From Methanobacteriota archaeon (GTDB taxonomy: Archaea; Thermoplasmatota; E2; DHVEG-1): 64,000 nucleotides of DNA. The DNA lies in NCBI GenBank assembly GCA_963769885.1, contig CAVYNH010000005.1, forward strand, positions 1 through 64,000, read 5' to 3'. How positions within the stretch are numbered: position 1 is the stretch's first letter; each line of letters starts with the position of its first letter. The notes beneath the pieces are model-generated. The model did no database searches, was not told where the DNA came from, and saw only the letters and a program-made list of their open reading frames with translations. Both the position numbers and the translations under genes were made by a program. Positions 16,139 to 24,800 of the stretch are shown piece after piece.

Positions 16139-18784
16139 CTAGAAAATCTTCCAAACGTTGAGTTGCACAGATTTTTGATTCTCGTCATTATCATACGCAA
16201 TGATTTTGAGGATGCAGGGGAAGATCGTCCGCTGGGTCCATGGCCATTCGTACGGCGACGACGTATCGTTCAGCATCAGGTCACCATTGAGATAGAACTC
16301 GACGCGGTTGACACCGGACTGATTATCAGTGGCATTGACTTTGACTGTGAGGTGCCCCCAGACGACCGTCACCGGGAACGGGAAGACGATTTCTCGTATC
16401 CCGAAGAAGTTAAGATAGAAGAATCCCGATAGTGGCTGGGTGATTCGCACGTTCGGCGGGATCGAGTCCACCTGGGTCGTAAACGACCATAGCTCGCTGG
16501 CATTCCTGTTGTTGTAACTGTCCCAGGCGACGATCTTCCAGAAATACTGGGTCGAAAACGTCAGCGTCCCCGGGTCGAAGCTCGTCCCCGTCTGATTATG
16601 GATGGCGAGCGTCGGAGATGACGATGTCCCGAAATAGACGTCGTACTTGACCGGGTCGCCTTCGGGGTCGCCGCCGGTCCAGCTCAGATTCGTGGTGACC
16701 AACACATTGGTTTCGCCGTTAGATGGATTAGGACTAGAGGGCGCATATGGGGGCAGGTTCACGACCGTGGTAAATGACCACAAGGGGCCATACGTCCGGT
16801 TGTGATGGGTATCCCAGGCGGTGATTTTCCAATAATAGTGTGTCGAATAGTTCATGGTTCCTGGGTCGTATGTCGTTAATGTCTGGTTGTGGACTACGAG
16901 CGGGGGAGTGCTCGTGGTTCCGAAGTAGACGTCATAGGTCACGGAGTCGCTGGGGTCAGGGTCGCCGCCGGTCCAGTTCAGATCATTGGTGATGGGGACG
17001 TTGATTGAGCCATCCGCCGGGCCAGGATGATTCGGGACGTATGGGGCTCGGTCTTTGGTGGTGAAGAACCAGGTCGTCCCATTCGTACGGCCACCGTACC
17101 CATCCCGCGCTGTGATATGCCAATAGTAGACGGTGTTGTAGAGGAGGCTTGCAGGTGGGTCGTACGACGTTCCGGTCTGGTTATGAGAGACGATAGGGGG
17201 ATTAGGCGAAGTCCCAAAGTAGACATCGTACAGGACAGCATCACCATCAGGGTCGCCACCGGTCCAGGAGAGCGTCGCGTCGACTGAGACGTTCACCGCG
17301 CCGTTCGTCGGCGATGGCGACGAGGGGGTGTTGGGAGGCCGGTTGAGGGTGGTGAACGACCAGGTGGGGCCCGCAGCGCTGTAGCCGTGGTTGTCCCAGG
17401 CCTTGATGCGCCAGTAGTAGGCCTTATGAGGCAGCAGGCTCCCGGGGGCGTACGCCAACGCGCTTTGGTTATGGATGACGAGCGGGGGGGTCGTTGAATT
17501 CCCGAAGTACACGTCGTAGGTGACGGTGTCGCCGGGGTTGGGGTCTCCGCCGAGCCAGCTCAGAATCGGAGTCAGTGAGACGCCGGTCGCGCCGTTCCCC
17601 GGGTTGGGCGTGTTCGGCGTGTACGGCGCGGATTCAAGATGAGTCGTGAAGTGCCAGATGGGGCCAGCGGTTCGGCTGTTGTGGTTGTCCCAGGCGACGA
17701 TCTTCCAGTAATAAATCGTGTTGAAGGCGAGCGTGGGCGCGTACGTCAATGCCGTTTGGTTATGGACGAGGAGAGGGGGGTTGGTAGCAGTCCCGAAGTA
17801 CACGTCGTACGTCACGGTGTTCCCAGGGTCAGGGTCGCCGCCAAGCCATGAGAGGGTTTTGTTGAGTGGGACATCGATCGTTCCGTTGGCTGGGGAAGGA
17901 GTGTTGGGTGTGTAGGGCGGGTGGTTGCCGTAGGTGGTGAACCACCAGGACGGACCGCTGGTCCGCCAGTGGTGGACATCCCAGGCGACGATCCGCCAAT
18001 GGTACATCTGGAATTGATAGAGCGTGGGACTGTAGGTTGTTGCCGTCTGGTTGTGGACGATGAGCGGGGGTGTGGTGGTGTTCCCGAAGTAGACGTCGAA
18101 GGTCAGGGGATCGCCATCTGGGTCCGTGGCGGTCCAACTCATGGTGGTATTGAGGGGGAGGTCCAGGGATTCATTGGCTGGGCTCGGTGTCGACGGGGCG
18201 GCCGGGGCGTGGTTGACGTGACAGACGACCTTGAAGCGCTGGATGGCGATGGCAGGGCAGGCGAAGGAGTAGCTGGACTGGGTGCGCATATTGCAGAGGG
18301 AGCCGCCGCCCCAGGTACAGAGGGTAACGATGCTGTACTCGGAGGCGTTGACGCGGCTACGGTCCCAGGAGAGGGTGACGGTGGTGGGGCTGGCGCTGTC
18401 GGCAGGCCACCATTGGACCGAGATGTTCCAGGTCTTGCTCGTGCCGGGGTAGTGGCGGTAGTCATTCCACAGGGCGCTGTAGGGGATGGTGAGGTTGTCG
18501 CTGGACCAGAGGCGCAGGTAGGGGGGCATGGGGAAGGGTGGTTTAGCGACGTCGTAGCTGTCTTCGGGGGGGCCGTCGCGGGCATCTGGTGCCTCACCGA
18601 AGACGACGGTGTCTGTGATGGTGCCGGTCTCGCGGCCGGTGATGATGACGTCCCAGGTAATGCCGCGGTGGGAGGAGGTGGTTTTGCCGGGGCTCACGAA
18701 AGCGGTCCCGATGCCCGAGGTGAGCCCAAGGCTAAAAACAATAAATAGAGCGATGGCTACGTCTTGTGTACGCGTCCTTTCCAT
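16139..18784 (-). CDS. Secreted protein: module X, six FnIII/Ig-like repeats, C-terminal Ig domain
   Basis: Repeat unit PxxPSPxNG...LSWxGGDPD...YDVYFG...HNQT...YYWKIxAWD...WSFTT x6. C-terminal ATDNQSGVNRVEFYLNG (Big-like). Confidence 0.85.
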   Translation of the reverse strand: MERTRTQDVAIALFIVFSLGLTSGIGTAFVSPGKTTSSHRGITWDVIITGRETGTITDTVVFGEAPDARDGPPEDSYDVAKPPFPMPPYLRLWSSDNLTIPYSALWNDYRHYPGTSKTWNISVQWWPADSASPTTVTLSWDRSRVNASEYSIVTLCTWGGGSLCNMRTQSSYSFACPAIAIQRFKVVCHVNHAPAAPSTPSPANESLDLPLNTTMSWTATDPDGDPLTFDVYFGNTTTPPLIVHNQTATTYSPTLYQFQMYHWRIVAWDVHHWRTSGPSWWFTTYGNHPPYTPNTPSPANGTIDVPLNKTLSWLGGDPDPGNTVTYDVYFGTATNPPLLVHNQTALTYAPTLAFNTIYYWKIVAWDNHNSRTAGPIWHFTTHLESAPYTPNTPNPGNGATGVSLTPILSWLGGDPNPGDTVTYDVYFGNSTTPPLVIHNQSALAYAPGSLLPHKAYYWRIKAWDNHGYSAAGPTWSFTTLNRPPNTPSSPSPTNGAVNVSVDATLSWTGGDPDGDAVLYDVYFGTSPNPPIVSHNQTGTSYDPPASLLYNTVYYWHITARDGYGGRTNGTTWFFTTKDRAPYVPNHPGPADGSINVPITNDLNWTGGDPDPSDSVTYDVYFGTTSTPPLVVHNQTLTTYDPGTMNYSTHYYWKITAWDTHHNRTYGPLWSFTTVVNLPPYAPSSPNPSNGETNVLVTTNLSWTGGDPEGDPVKYDVYFGTSSSPTLAIHNQTGTSFDPGTLTFSTQYFWKIVAWDSYNNRNASELWSFTTQVDSIPPNVRITQPLSGFFYLNFFGIREIVFPFPVTVVWGHLTVKVNATDNQSGVNRVEFYLNGDLMLNDTSSPYEWPWTQRTIFPCILKIIAYDNDENQKSVQLNVWKIF

Positions 18785-18827
18785 GAATAGTTCCCCCGAT
18801 GGATGATGCCAAACATAAGGAATTACC

Positions 18828-18860
18828 TTATCGTTTAATAATCTTTTTATATAACGATAA
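18828..18860 (-). promoter_or_regulatory. TATA box flanked by the inverted repeat TTATCGTT-N17-AACGATAA, upstream of the surface-protein operon
   Basis: Perfect 8-bp IR enclosing minus-strand TATATAAAAA, about 60 nt upstream of the ATG at 18784. Confidence 0.5.
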
Positions 18861-19237
18861 AAATCATTTTTGAGGAACTCTTGCGCTGTTTTTGAAGAAA
18901 ATTTGTATAAAAAGAAAGGGTTAAGGTGGAGGAATTCTCCTGATAGGCCACATTTGTTTTAATTAAACCGTCCGGGGTCGCGTCTTATCGGAAATTGTCA
19001 CGGGATTATTTTTATATATAAAAATAGAAAAAAACCAGGCTGAAATATCGTGCCGAACCAATTATCGTCAAAAAAAGACGCGCAAAAAAAGAAGAAAAAA
19101 AGGGGACGCCGAACAAATCAGATGAATTTGGTTTATTTGACCCAGCCGAACCCCTGTTCGACGATGTTCGCCCGCTCATATGTCCACTCCGGCAGCCGCC
19201 GTAGGCAATCCATCACGGACTCCGGAGCCTGATTCTG

Positions 19238-19441
19238 CTACACCGCCTCACCCCGACACCGGAGCCGACCCGTGCACTCCAACACGATTTGCCCACTCGA
19301 CTCTCGCCAGGGAATCTGCGACGAATCAGGTTCACAGAACATTCGCACCCAATATGATCCCGCGCTAATTGCATCCTGCTCCACGGTCACATTGAACGAG
19401 GCAAACCCATGCACCGAATCATATTTCAGCAAATAGGTGAA
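19238..19441 (-). pseudogene. Remnant of a class I (bacterial-type) glyceraldehyde-3-phosphate dehydrogenase NAD-binding domain
   Basis: FTYLLKYDSVHG...EPDSSQIPWRESSGQIVLECTG matches the LKYDSVHG...LPW..LGV..V.E.TG signature. No N-terminus and an early TAG. Confidence 0.65.
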
Positions 19442-19493
19442 ATCCCTATTTTCCTTGTATTGAATACTGATGAAAATACCACTGTAAAACGAC

Positions 19494-20996
19494 TTAGGCA
19501 GCCTTCTGCAGAGACTGCAGGCGGGCCATGGAGGACTGGAGGGCTTCGTCCATGTCCGAAAATCCGATGCTCACCCAGCTCGAGCCGTCGTCGCGGAGGA
19601 GCTCCTCGAGCGGGAACCGGCCGTCCCAGGGTTCCCAGGACTGCTGCAGGGTCATCTCGCCGAGCACCCGGATGTTCGTCGCGCCGCAGGCGCCCATCGC
19701 CTTGGCAAAGGGAAGAAGGCGCGGAATCGGAATCGCCACCCCAATTGTCTGTAAGAACCGATGCAATGGCTTAACCAGCATCGGGATTTCTTCGAGATCA
19801 GCGATGGGTTTGACGGTGATCGCACGGAACTGGGGAGACGGCTCGACGGGATCCGTCGTCTCATCGTAGACGACGAGATATTCATGAGATTGCGGAGCGT
19901 ACAGGTGTACAAGGGCACCCAGTATCTGTTTTTTCAAGGCCTCCTGGTAGCCTTCGAGGATGCTGATCTTGCCTGTTTTGGCTCCTTTCGGTAAAATCGT
20001 CGCCATCGTCTGTAGTTCCCTGGCGAGGAGCTCAGCGAACTCCTTGGGGGAGGTCTTGGCTTTGTTTTCGACAAAGACGACCTGGGGAGAGAAGCACCCC
20101 TGCTGGTCCCAGGCGCTGACGTCAAGGGCCGCGAGGCGCGCCACGAGCTGAGCCTGATCGACGAGGTAGTCTCGTGCGATGGCGATGAAGCTGAATTTAT
20201 GCCAATGCCCGGCCAAGGGGGTTTTGCAGGATTCCGCGAGTTTCGTCAGACTATGCCGGGCGATCTCGCCGCCGGTGGCGCGGACGAGGTCGGAGCGGCG
20301 GAAGAGGTAGTCATGGAGGTCGGCCTGGGACGAGTCGAAGGGGAGGACGGCGATGGTGTGGGCGAGGTCCGGGTCGAGGCTTTCCAGGGATTGGGCGAAG
20401 AGGGCGGCGAAGACCGGCTCCTCGGTGGACGGCTTGATCCAGGTGGCGGCGTCGACGAGCTTGTCCATAATCATCTCGACGGCGGGGAGCCCGACGATGT
20501 TGCCGGCGCAGATGTGTCCGATGAGTTTGGGCTGGTCGTTAGCGTAGTATTCAGGGGTTTTCCCGGCGGCTTTCACGTAGCCGGTGCAGTATGGTGTGAA
20601 CTCGTGGTAGCGGCGGGGGTCGAGGCGTCCGGTGAGGGGGAGGTTGCGGGGGTTGAGGGTCTGGAGGAAGACGTTGAAGCCCCATTCTTCGATCATCTGG
20701 TGTGAGTAGCCGGTGATGGGGGGGAGGATGTCGTGGGCGAGGCGGCGCCAGGGGGAGTCGGGGTCGGTCCATTGGGTGATGAGGTCCATGACGGTGTCGA
20801 AGATGTCGGGGAGGCTGTGGGAGCAGAGGTAGTCGGTGCGGTGTTGTTCGAGGGTGGCGAGGATCGGGGTGAGGGTGTCAGGGGTGAGGATGGGGCGGCG
20901 GAGGGTGATGTGGTCGGTGATGTCGGCGTAGGTGTAGTTGAGGCTGTCACAGGTGAGGTCGGGGTCCCAGAAGTGGCAGTCGATGGTGGTGGTCAT
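19494..20996 (-). CDS. luxC: LuxC-family acyl-CoA/acyl-protein reductase
   Basis: ALDH-like fold: HICAGN, KPSTEEP, ATGGE, and catalytic Cys motif WDQQGCFSPQ (LuxC DQQACFS), LQTIG, PWDG. Confidence 0.85.
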   Translation of the reverse strand: MTTTIDCHFWDPDLTCDSLNYTYADITDHITLRRPILTPDTLTPILATLEQHRTDYLCSHSLPDIFDTVMDLITQWTDPDSPWRRLAHDILPPITGYSHQMIEEWGFNVFLQTLNPRNLPLTGRLDPRRYHEFTPYCTGYVKAAGKTPEYYANDQPKLIGHICAGNIVGLPAVEMIMDKLVDAATWIKPSTEEPVFAALFAQSLESLDPDLAHTIAVLPFDSSQADLHDYLFRRSDLVRATGGEIARHSLTKLAESCKTPLAGHWHKFSFIAIARDYLVDQAQLVARLAALDVSAWDQQGCFSPQVVFVENKAKTSPKEFAELLARELQTMATILPKGAKTGKISILEGYQEALKKQILGALVHLYAPQSHEYLVVYDETTDPVEPSPQFRAITVKPIADLEEIPMLVKPLHRFLQTIGVAIPIPRLLPFAKAMGACGATNIRVLGEMTLQQSWEPWDGRFPLEELLRDDGSSWVSIGFSDMDEALQSSMARLQSLQKAA

Positions 20997-21400
20997 TGGG
21001 TGTCCTCAAATTCCGTGGGGATGCGGGCGGCGGTGGTGACGAGTTCTTGGGCGGCGTGGGCGTAGTCTATGATCTTGCGGGAGTCGCCGGTGACGGTGAG
21101 GTAGCCGCGGACGATGGCGCGGAGGGGGTCGAGGGTGCCGAGGAGGATTTGTTTCCAGGTGGTGTAGGGGCCGGTGAGGGTGAAGTCCGTTTGTTGGTTG
21201 GTGGTGATGAGGCGGGCGTTGCGGCAGGTGCCATGCCAGAGGTCGAGGTAGATTTTGATTTCATGGGGGTAGGCGGTGTCGGGGGTGATGATGAAGAGGA
21301 AGTCGCCTTCCCAGTCTTTGGCTTTAGCTTTGTAGTCGGGGTTGTCGTTGAGGGCGTGTTGGAAGGCTTTGACCCAGGCGTCGCTGGGGAAGGGAATCAT
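20993..21400 (-). CDS. SCP2 sterol/lipid-binding domain protein (135 aa)
   Basis: MIPFPSDAWVKAFQHALN...WEGDF...LWHGTC...GPYTTWKQILLGTLDPLRAIVRGYLTVTGD. True start is 21400 (ATGA overlaps at both ends). Confidence 0.85.
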   Translation of the reverse strand: MIPFPSDAWVKAFQHALNDNPDYKAKAKDWEGDFLFIITPDTAYPHEIKIYLDLWHGTCRNARLITTNQQTDFTLTGPYTTWKQILLGTLDPLRAIVRGYLTVTGDSRKIIDYAHAAQELVTTAARIPTEFEDTQ

Positions 21401-22731
21401 TTGGTGTCCTCCATGAGTTCGGCCATGACGGCGGCGCAGCCGCGGCCTTCGGTGCCGGGGAGTCTGGTGACTTCGGTGTCGAGGACGGGGCCTTGGCGGT
21501 GGCAGGCGGGGCAGTGGTCGCGGAGGATGACTTGGTCGCCGGTGATGATGAAGCCGGGGTAGGTGGTGGGGAGGGGGTCGAGGAAGGCGAAGCGGCCGGG
21601 TTTGTCGGAGCCGAGGGGGGTGAGGGTGTCGTCGAGGACGAGGGGGTGGACGGTGGGGGGGATGTGTTTGTAGTGGCCGTCGCAGCTGAGGAAGACGCTG
21701 CTGCATTCGGACATGGCGTAGACGTCGTGGTAGTGGTGTTGGGGGATGCCGAGGGTGTCGTGGACTTTGGCGCGCAGCGCGGGTTCGGTGAGGCGTATGT
21801 TTTCTTCTGTTTTCCAGCCGCCGCCGGTGAGGATCTGGCCGTGGGGGAATTTAAGGTCGTGGCCGTCGTCGTGGATGCGGTCGAGGAGGCGGTTGAGCCA
21901 GAATGGAGGACCGGCGATGTTGACGTTTTGGCCGTGGTCTTGGAGCTGGTGGAGGATGGTGATCATGCGTTGGTCTGCGTGTTTTTGGATGAGGGGGCCC
22001 AGCGTGGTGAGGGCTTTGGCTTTGAGTTTTTCGCCGAGGCCGACGGCGTCGGCTTGTTGGAGGCGGAGGAGTTGGGTGGTGATCTGGGTGGTTTCCAAGG
22101 CGACGTTGACGTTGCCGGGGTAGAGGTCGTGGGCGATGCCGAAGAGGCTGGCGATGGTGAGGTTGGTGAGCTGGGGGTTGGGGATGAGGAGGAGGATGTG
22201 GTCGGTGGGTTGGTAGTCCATGAGTTCGATGACGCATTTCATGGCGCTGTATTTGACGCGGTTCCAGGATGTGCCGTCGCGGGGGACGAAGCTGAAGCGG
22301 CCGCTGGTGCCGCTGGTGAACATGATGTGGATGCCGAGTTTTTGGTAGGCGGCGATGACGTCGTCGTGGTTGGGATGCAGCCCAAGGGCGGGGGTGGGCA
22401 GGGTGGTGCTGGTGATGGCCTGCAGCCAGGTGGGGAACTTGGCGGCGGGGGGGTAGTCTTTGAAGAAGGTGTCAGGCAGGAGGGGGATCTTGCCGAGGTC
22501 GTCTGTGGTCTTGATCTGGTCGGGGGTGATGTGCTGGGCGTCGCAGAGGCGGTGGTAGAAGACGTTGTTGGTGTAGTGGTGCTGGAAGCTGTGGCGGATG
22601 GCGGGCAGGAGCCGGGCGTGGGCTGTGGCGTAGTCAGAGAAGTAGGCGTCGGTGCCGTAGAGAAGGGCGTCAACGGGGTCCCACGAGGCTGTGGGCGGGA
22701 TGAGCGGCTGGAGGCAGTCTAGGGTCGGCAC
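21397..22731 (-). CDS. luxE: LuxE-family acyl-protein synthetase
   Basis: IPLLPDTFFK, FTSGTSG adenylation loop, TGGGWK, DVYAMSE, PGFIITGD and C-terminal GRGC acyl-accepting Cys. Confidence 0.85.
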   Translation of the reverse strand: MPTLDCLQPLIPPTASWDPVDALLYGTDAYFSDYATAHARLLPAIRHSFQHHYTNNVFYHRLCDAQHITPDQIKTTDDLGKIPLLPDTFFKDYPPAAKFPTWLQAITSTTLPTPALGLHPNHDDVIAAYQKLGIHIMFTSGTSGRFSFVPRDGTSWNRVKYSAMKCVIELMDYQPTDHILLLIPNPQLTNLTIASLFGIAHDLYPGNVNVALETTQITTQLLRLQQADAVGLGEKLKAKALTTLGPLIQKHADQRMITILHQLQDHGQNVNIAGPPFWLNRLLDRIHDDGHDLKFPHGQILTGGGWKTEENIRLTEPALRAKVHDTLGIPQHHYHDVYAMSECSSVFLSCDGHYKHIPPTVHPLVLDDTLTPLGSDKPGRFAFLDPLPTTYPGFIITGDQVILRDHCPACHRQGPVLDTEVTRLPGTEGRGCAAVMAELMEDTK

Positions 22732-22736
22732 TGCGG

Positions 22737-24659
22737 TTATCCTCCGACGATCTGCTGGACGATGCCTTGGAGGGTGGCGAGCTCCTGGGGGGTGAGGCCT
22801 TTGGGGAGCGGGTAGAAGACGTGCTCCTTGCGGTGGAGGCCTTTGTGCATGACGTATTCCATGGGCAGGAGGTCGTCCAAGGTGAGCTCGGCGAAGAGAG
22901 ATTCGACGAGGCCACCGTTGAGCCGTTCGATGCTCTTGGGGTCGGTGTGGTCGTAATAGTAGTCATATTCGATGAAGGCGATCTTACCGTCGTCGGTGAA
23001 GCAGATGAACCCCAGGGCGTTATCGAGGCCGTACTTGTTTCCAATCTGCTTGAGGAGGTCGTGGACCGTCATGATGAGCTTTTTGTCTGCCCGCAGGTAG
23101 CCGCCGCGGTTGATGAACATCCGTTGGCGCATGATGCGGCTGGAGAGGATCCGGTGCTCGTGCAGCCAGATGGGGTCCGTCATCTCCGGCCGGGCGTACA
23201 GCTTCGTGAAGAAGTCGCGCAGCTCCGGCGGGAACGTCTTGGCAATCTGCTCCGGGGAGGCGTGCAAGGCCGCCACTAAGAGGTCTTTCAGGGGGCCGGC
23301 GAAGACCGCCTTCATGGGGTCATCCTCCTGCTGAATCGTCTTCAGCAGTGGGTTGTCCTTGAAGGCCGCCAGCGTCGGTGTGGACAGCAGCAGCGTCTTC
23401 AACATCGATGAGTCGATGACGACCGGCGCATGCTCGTCAATGTAGCTGCGGTCGCGGCTGTCACAGATAATGTCGACGAAGTAATTGGTTTTGAGATGGG
23501 TTGTGACGATGTACTCGAACTGCTTGGCGATCTCCTGGGTCGGGCAGGCGAAGTCGGAGAAGTACCGGCTGGAGAGAATCGCCAGGGACAGCCCGATGTT
23601 GCGCCGGGCGAGATCCATCGCTAACTCCAAGGCATCTTCGAGACGCTCATAGGGGACGAACACCGTCTGTTCCCCTTCATGGACTTGATGCAGTTTGATC
23701 GTCATCTCGGTGATAATATGCGAAGGCTTTATGGTCAGGGCGGTCATGCCGCGGGGCGACGCGTAGAGGTTACTGATAGCGGGGTCGCTAAACCGCAGGA
23801 GCTTGCCAGTCTGGTCGACAACCTGGGCGTCCGTGAAATGGTCCGCGCCCCACCCGTAGGTGTTGCCCCAGGTGGAGACGATGCCGAAGGTGGCGATGTT
23901 GACGCAGATGCCCGCCTCCGCCTCGCCGACGCACGCGCGAAGCCCATGCTTTGTGGCCGCCTGCTGCAGCTCAAACGCGGAGACGCCAGGCTGCACGACC
24001 GCGGTTTGCGTCACCGGGTCGACCTTGATGTCCTTCATGCGGTTCATGTCCAAGATAATGCCTATCCGCATCCCAGCCGGGTTTGCGAGAACCGTCTTAA
24101 TCGCCAAGGCGAAAAAGGTCCCGTTCGCTCGAGGCAGTACGGGGGTACTGTGGCGATGTGCGATAGCGACGACCTTGGCGACTTCCTCCGCGGTCCGCGG
24201 CATGGCCACGTACACGCCCTCGTAGGAATTTCCCAGATGAATGGTCTGAGTATAGGTACAGAGAATTGTCGGGTCGTTCGTCGCCCAATCAGGACCGACG
24301 GCGGCCTGCAGTTCTTTGAGCACTGCATCAAGCTTAGTCTCCGGTAGGGATTTCAGGTCGAGTTTCGAGGCATAGTCTTTCAGGGCTTTTTGGACGACTG
24401 TCGGCTGCAGGTTGTTCACGAAGCTGCACTGCTTGTCGCAGGCGCCGCACAGCGTGCACGAGTCGACGATCTGCTTGAGTCGCCTGGTCGGCGTAATCCG
24501 CTTGTCGCGAAGAGCCTTGAACAGCTCGTTACGCCCGCATGGCCAGTACGCATAATAGCCGTGCTGTGTGCCCGCCGGGCAGAGTCCTGTCCCCAGATAG
24601 TCGATTCTGCACATCCCGCAATGCGTAAACTTCTCTGAAACTGTTCCTGCTTCAGTCAT
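22737..24659 (-). CDS. 4Fe-4S dicluster plus FAD-binding (VAO/GlcD-type, FAD_binding_4) oxidoreductase
   Basis: CGMC...CP and CTLCGACDKQC. MPRTAEEVAKVV...PVLPR, LDMNRM, VVQPGV. Confidence 0.8.
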   Translation of the reverse strand: MTEAGTVSEKFTHCGMCRIDYLGTGLCPAGTQHGYYAYWPCGRNELFKALRDKRITPTRRLKQIVDSCTLCGACDKQCSFVNNLQPTVVQKALKDYASKLDLKSLPETKLDAVLKELQAAVGPDWATNDPTILCTYTQTIHLGNSYEGVYVAMPRTAEEVAKVVAIAHRHSTPVLPRANGTFFALAIKTVLANPAGMRIGIILDMNRMKDIKVDPVTQTAVVQPGVSAFELQQAATKHGLRACVGEAEAGICVNIATFGIVSTWGNTYGWGADHFTDAQVVDQTGKLLRFSDPAISNLYASPRGMTALTIKPSHIITEMTIKLHQVHEGEQTVFVPYERLEDALELAMDLARRNIGLSLAILSSRYFSDFACPTQEIAKQFEYIVTTHLKTNYFVDIICDSRDRSYIDEHAPVVIDSSMLKTLLLSTPTLAAFKDNPLLKTIQQEDDPMKAVFAGPLKDLLVAALHASPEQIAKTFPPELRDFFTKLYARPEMTDPIWLHEHRILSSRIMRQRMFINRGGYLRADKKLIMTVHDLLKQIGNKYGLDNALGFICFTDDGKIAFIEYDYYYDHTDPKSIERLNGGLVESLFAELTLDDLLPMEYVMHKGLHRKEHVFYPLPKGLTPQELATLQGIVQQIVGG

Positions 24660-24800
24660 ACAAATACCTTATTCCCCTGGAAAGGTTTGTAAATGTTCAT
24701 ACATGTAGTCCACATAAAGTTTTCGAGAGAACAAAGGAGACCTTCCGCATTGATTTTTTGTCGCGTCGAAAGAATCAAAAATGCTTTCTTCAAAAGAAGA

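Noticed and set aside
16480-18210. Regularly spaced repeats suggesting a CRISPR array (also 58480-59460)
   Set aside because: They are degenerate in-frame protein repeats (FnIII-like and PQQ-like), not identical repeats with unique spacers.
19135-19440. GC-richer ~300-nt intergenic stretch considered as SRP or RNase P RNA
   Set aside because: No SRP helix-8 or RNase P conserved motifs are recognisable. The minus strand translates to a GAPDH-like remnant instead.
21401-21706. N-terminal 102 aa of the 237-aa ORF 20993-21706
   Set aside because: Pro/Arg-rich off-frame overlap with luxE. The real SCP2 gene starts at 21400.
21493-22722. Long antisense ORFs (also 52809-54140, 54624-55655, 59790-61289, 48424-49659, 17921-18748)
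   Set aside because: They mirror well-supported genes, are V/G/E/D-rich with no motifs, and arise because C-ending codon bias removes antisense stops.
19494-22731. Bioluminescence
   Set aside because: No luxA/luxB luciferase or luxD in the window. LuxC and LuxE alone do not produce light.
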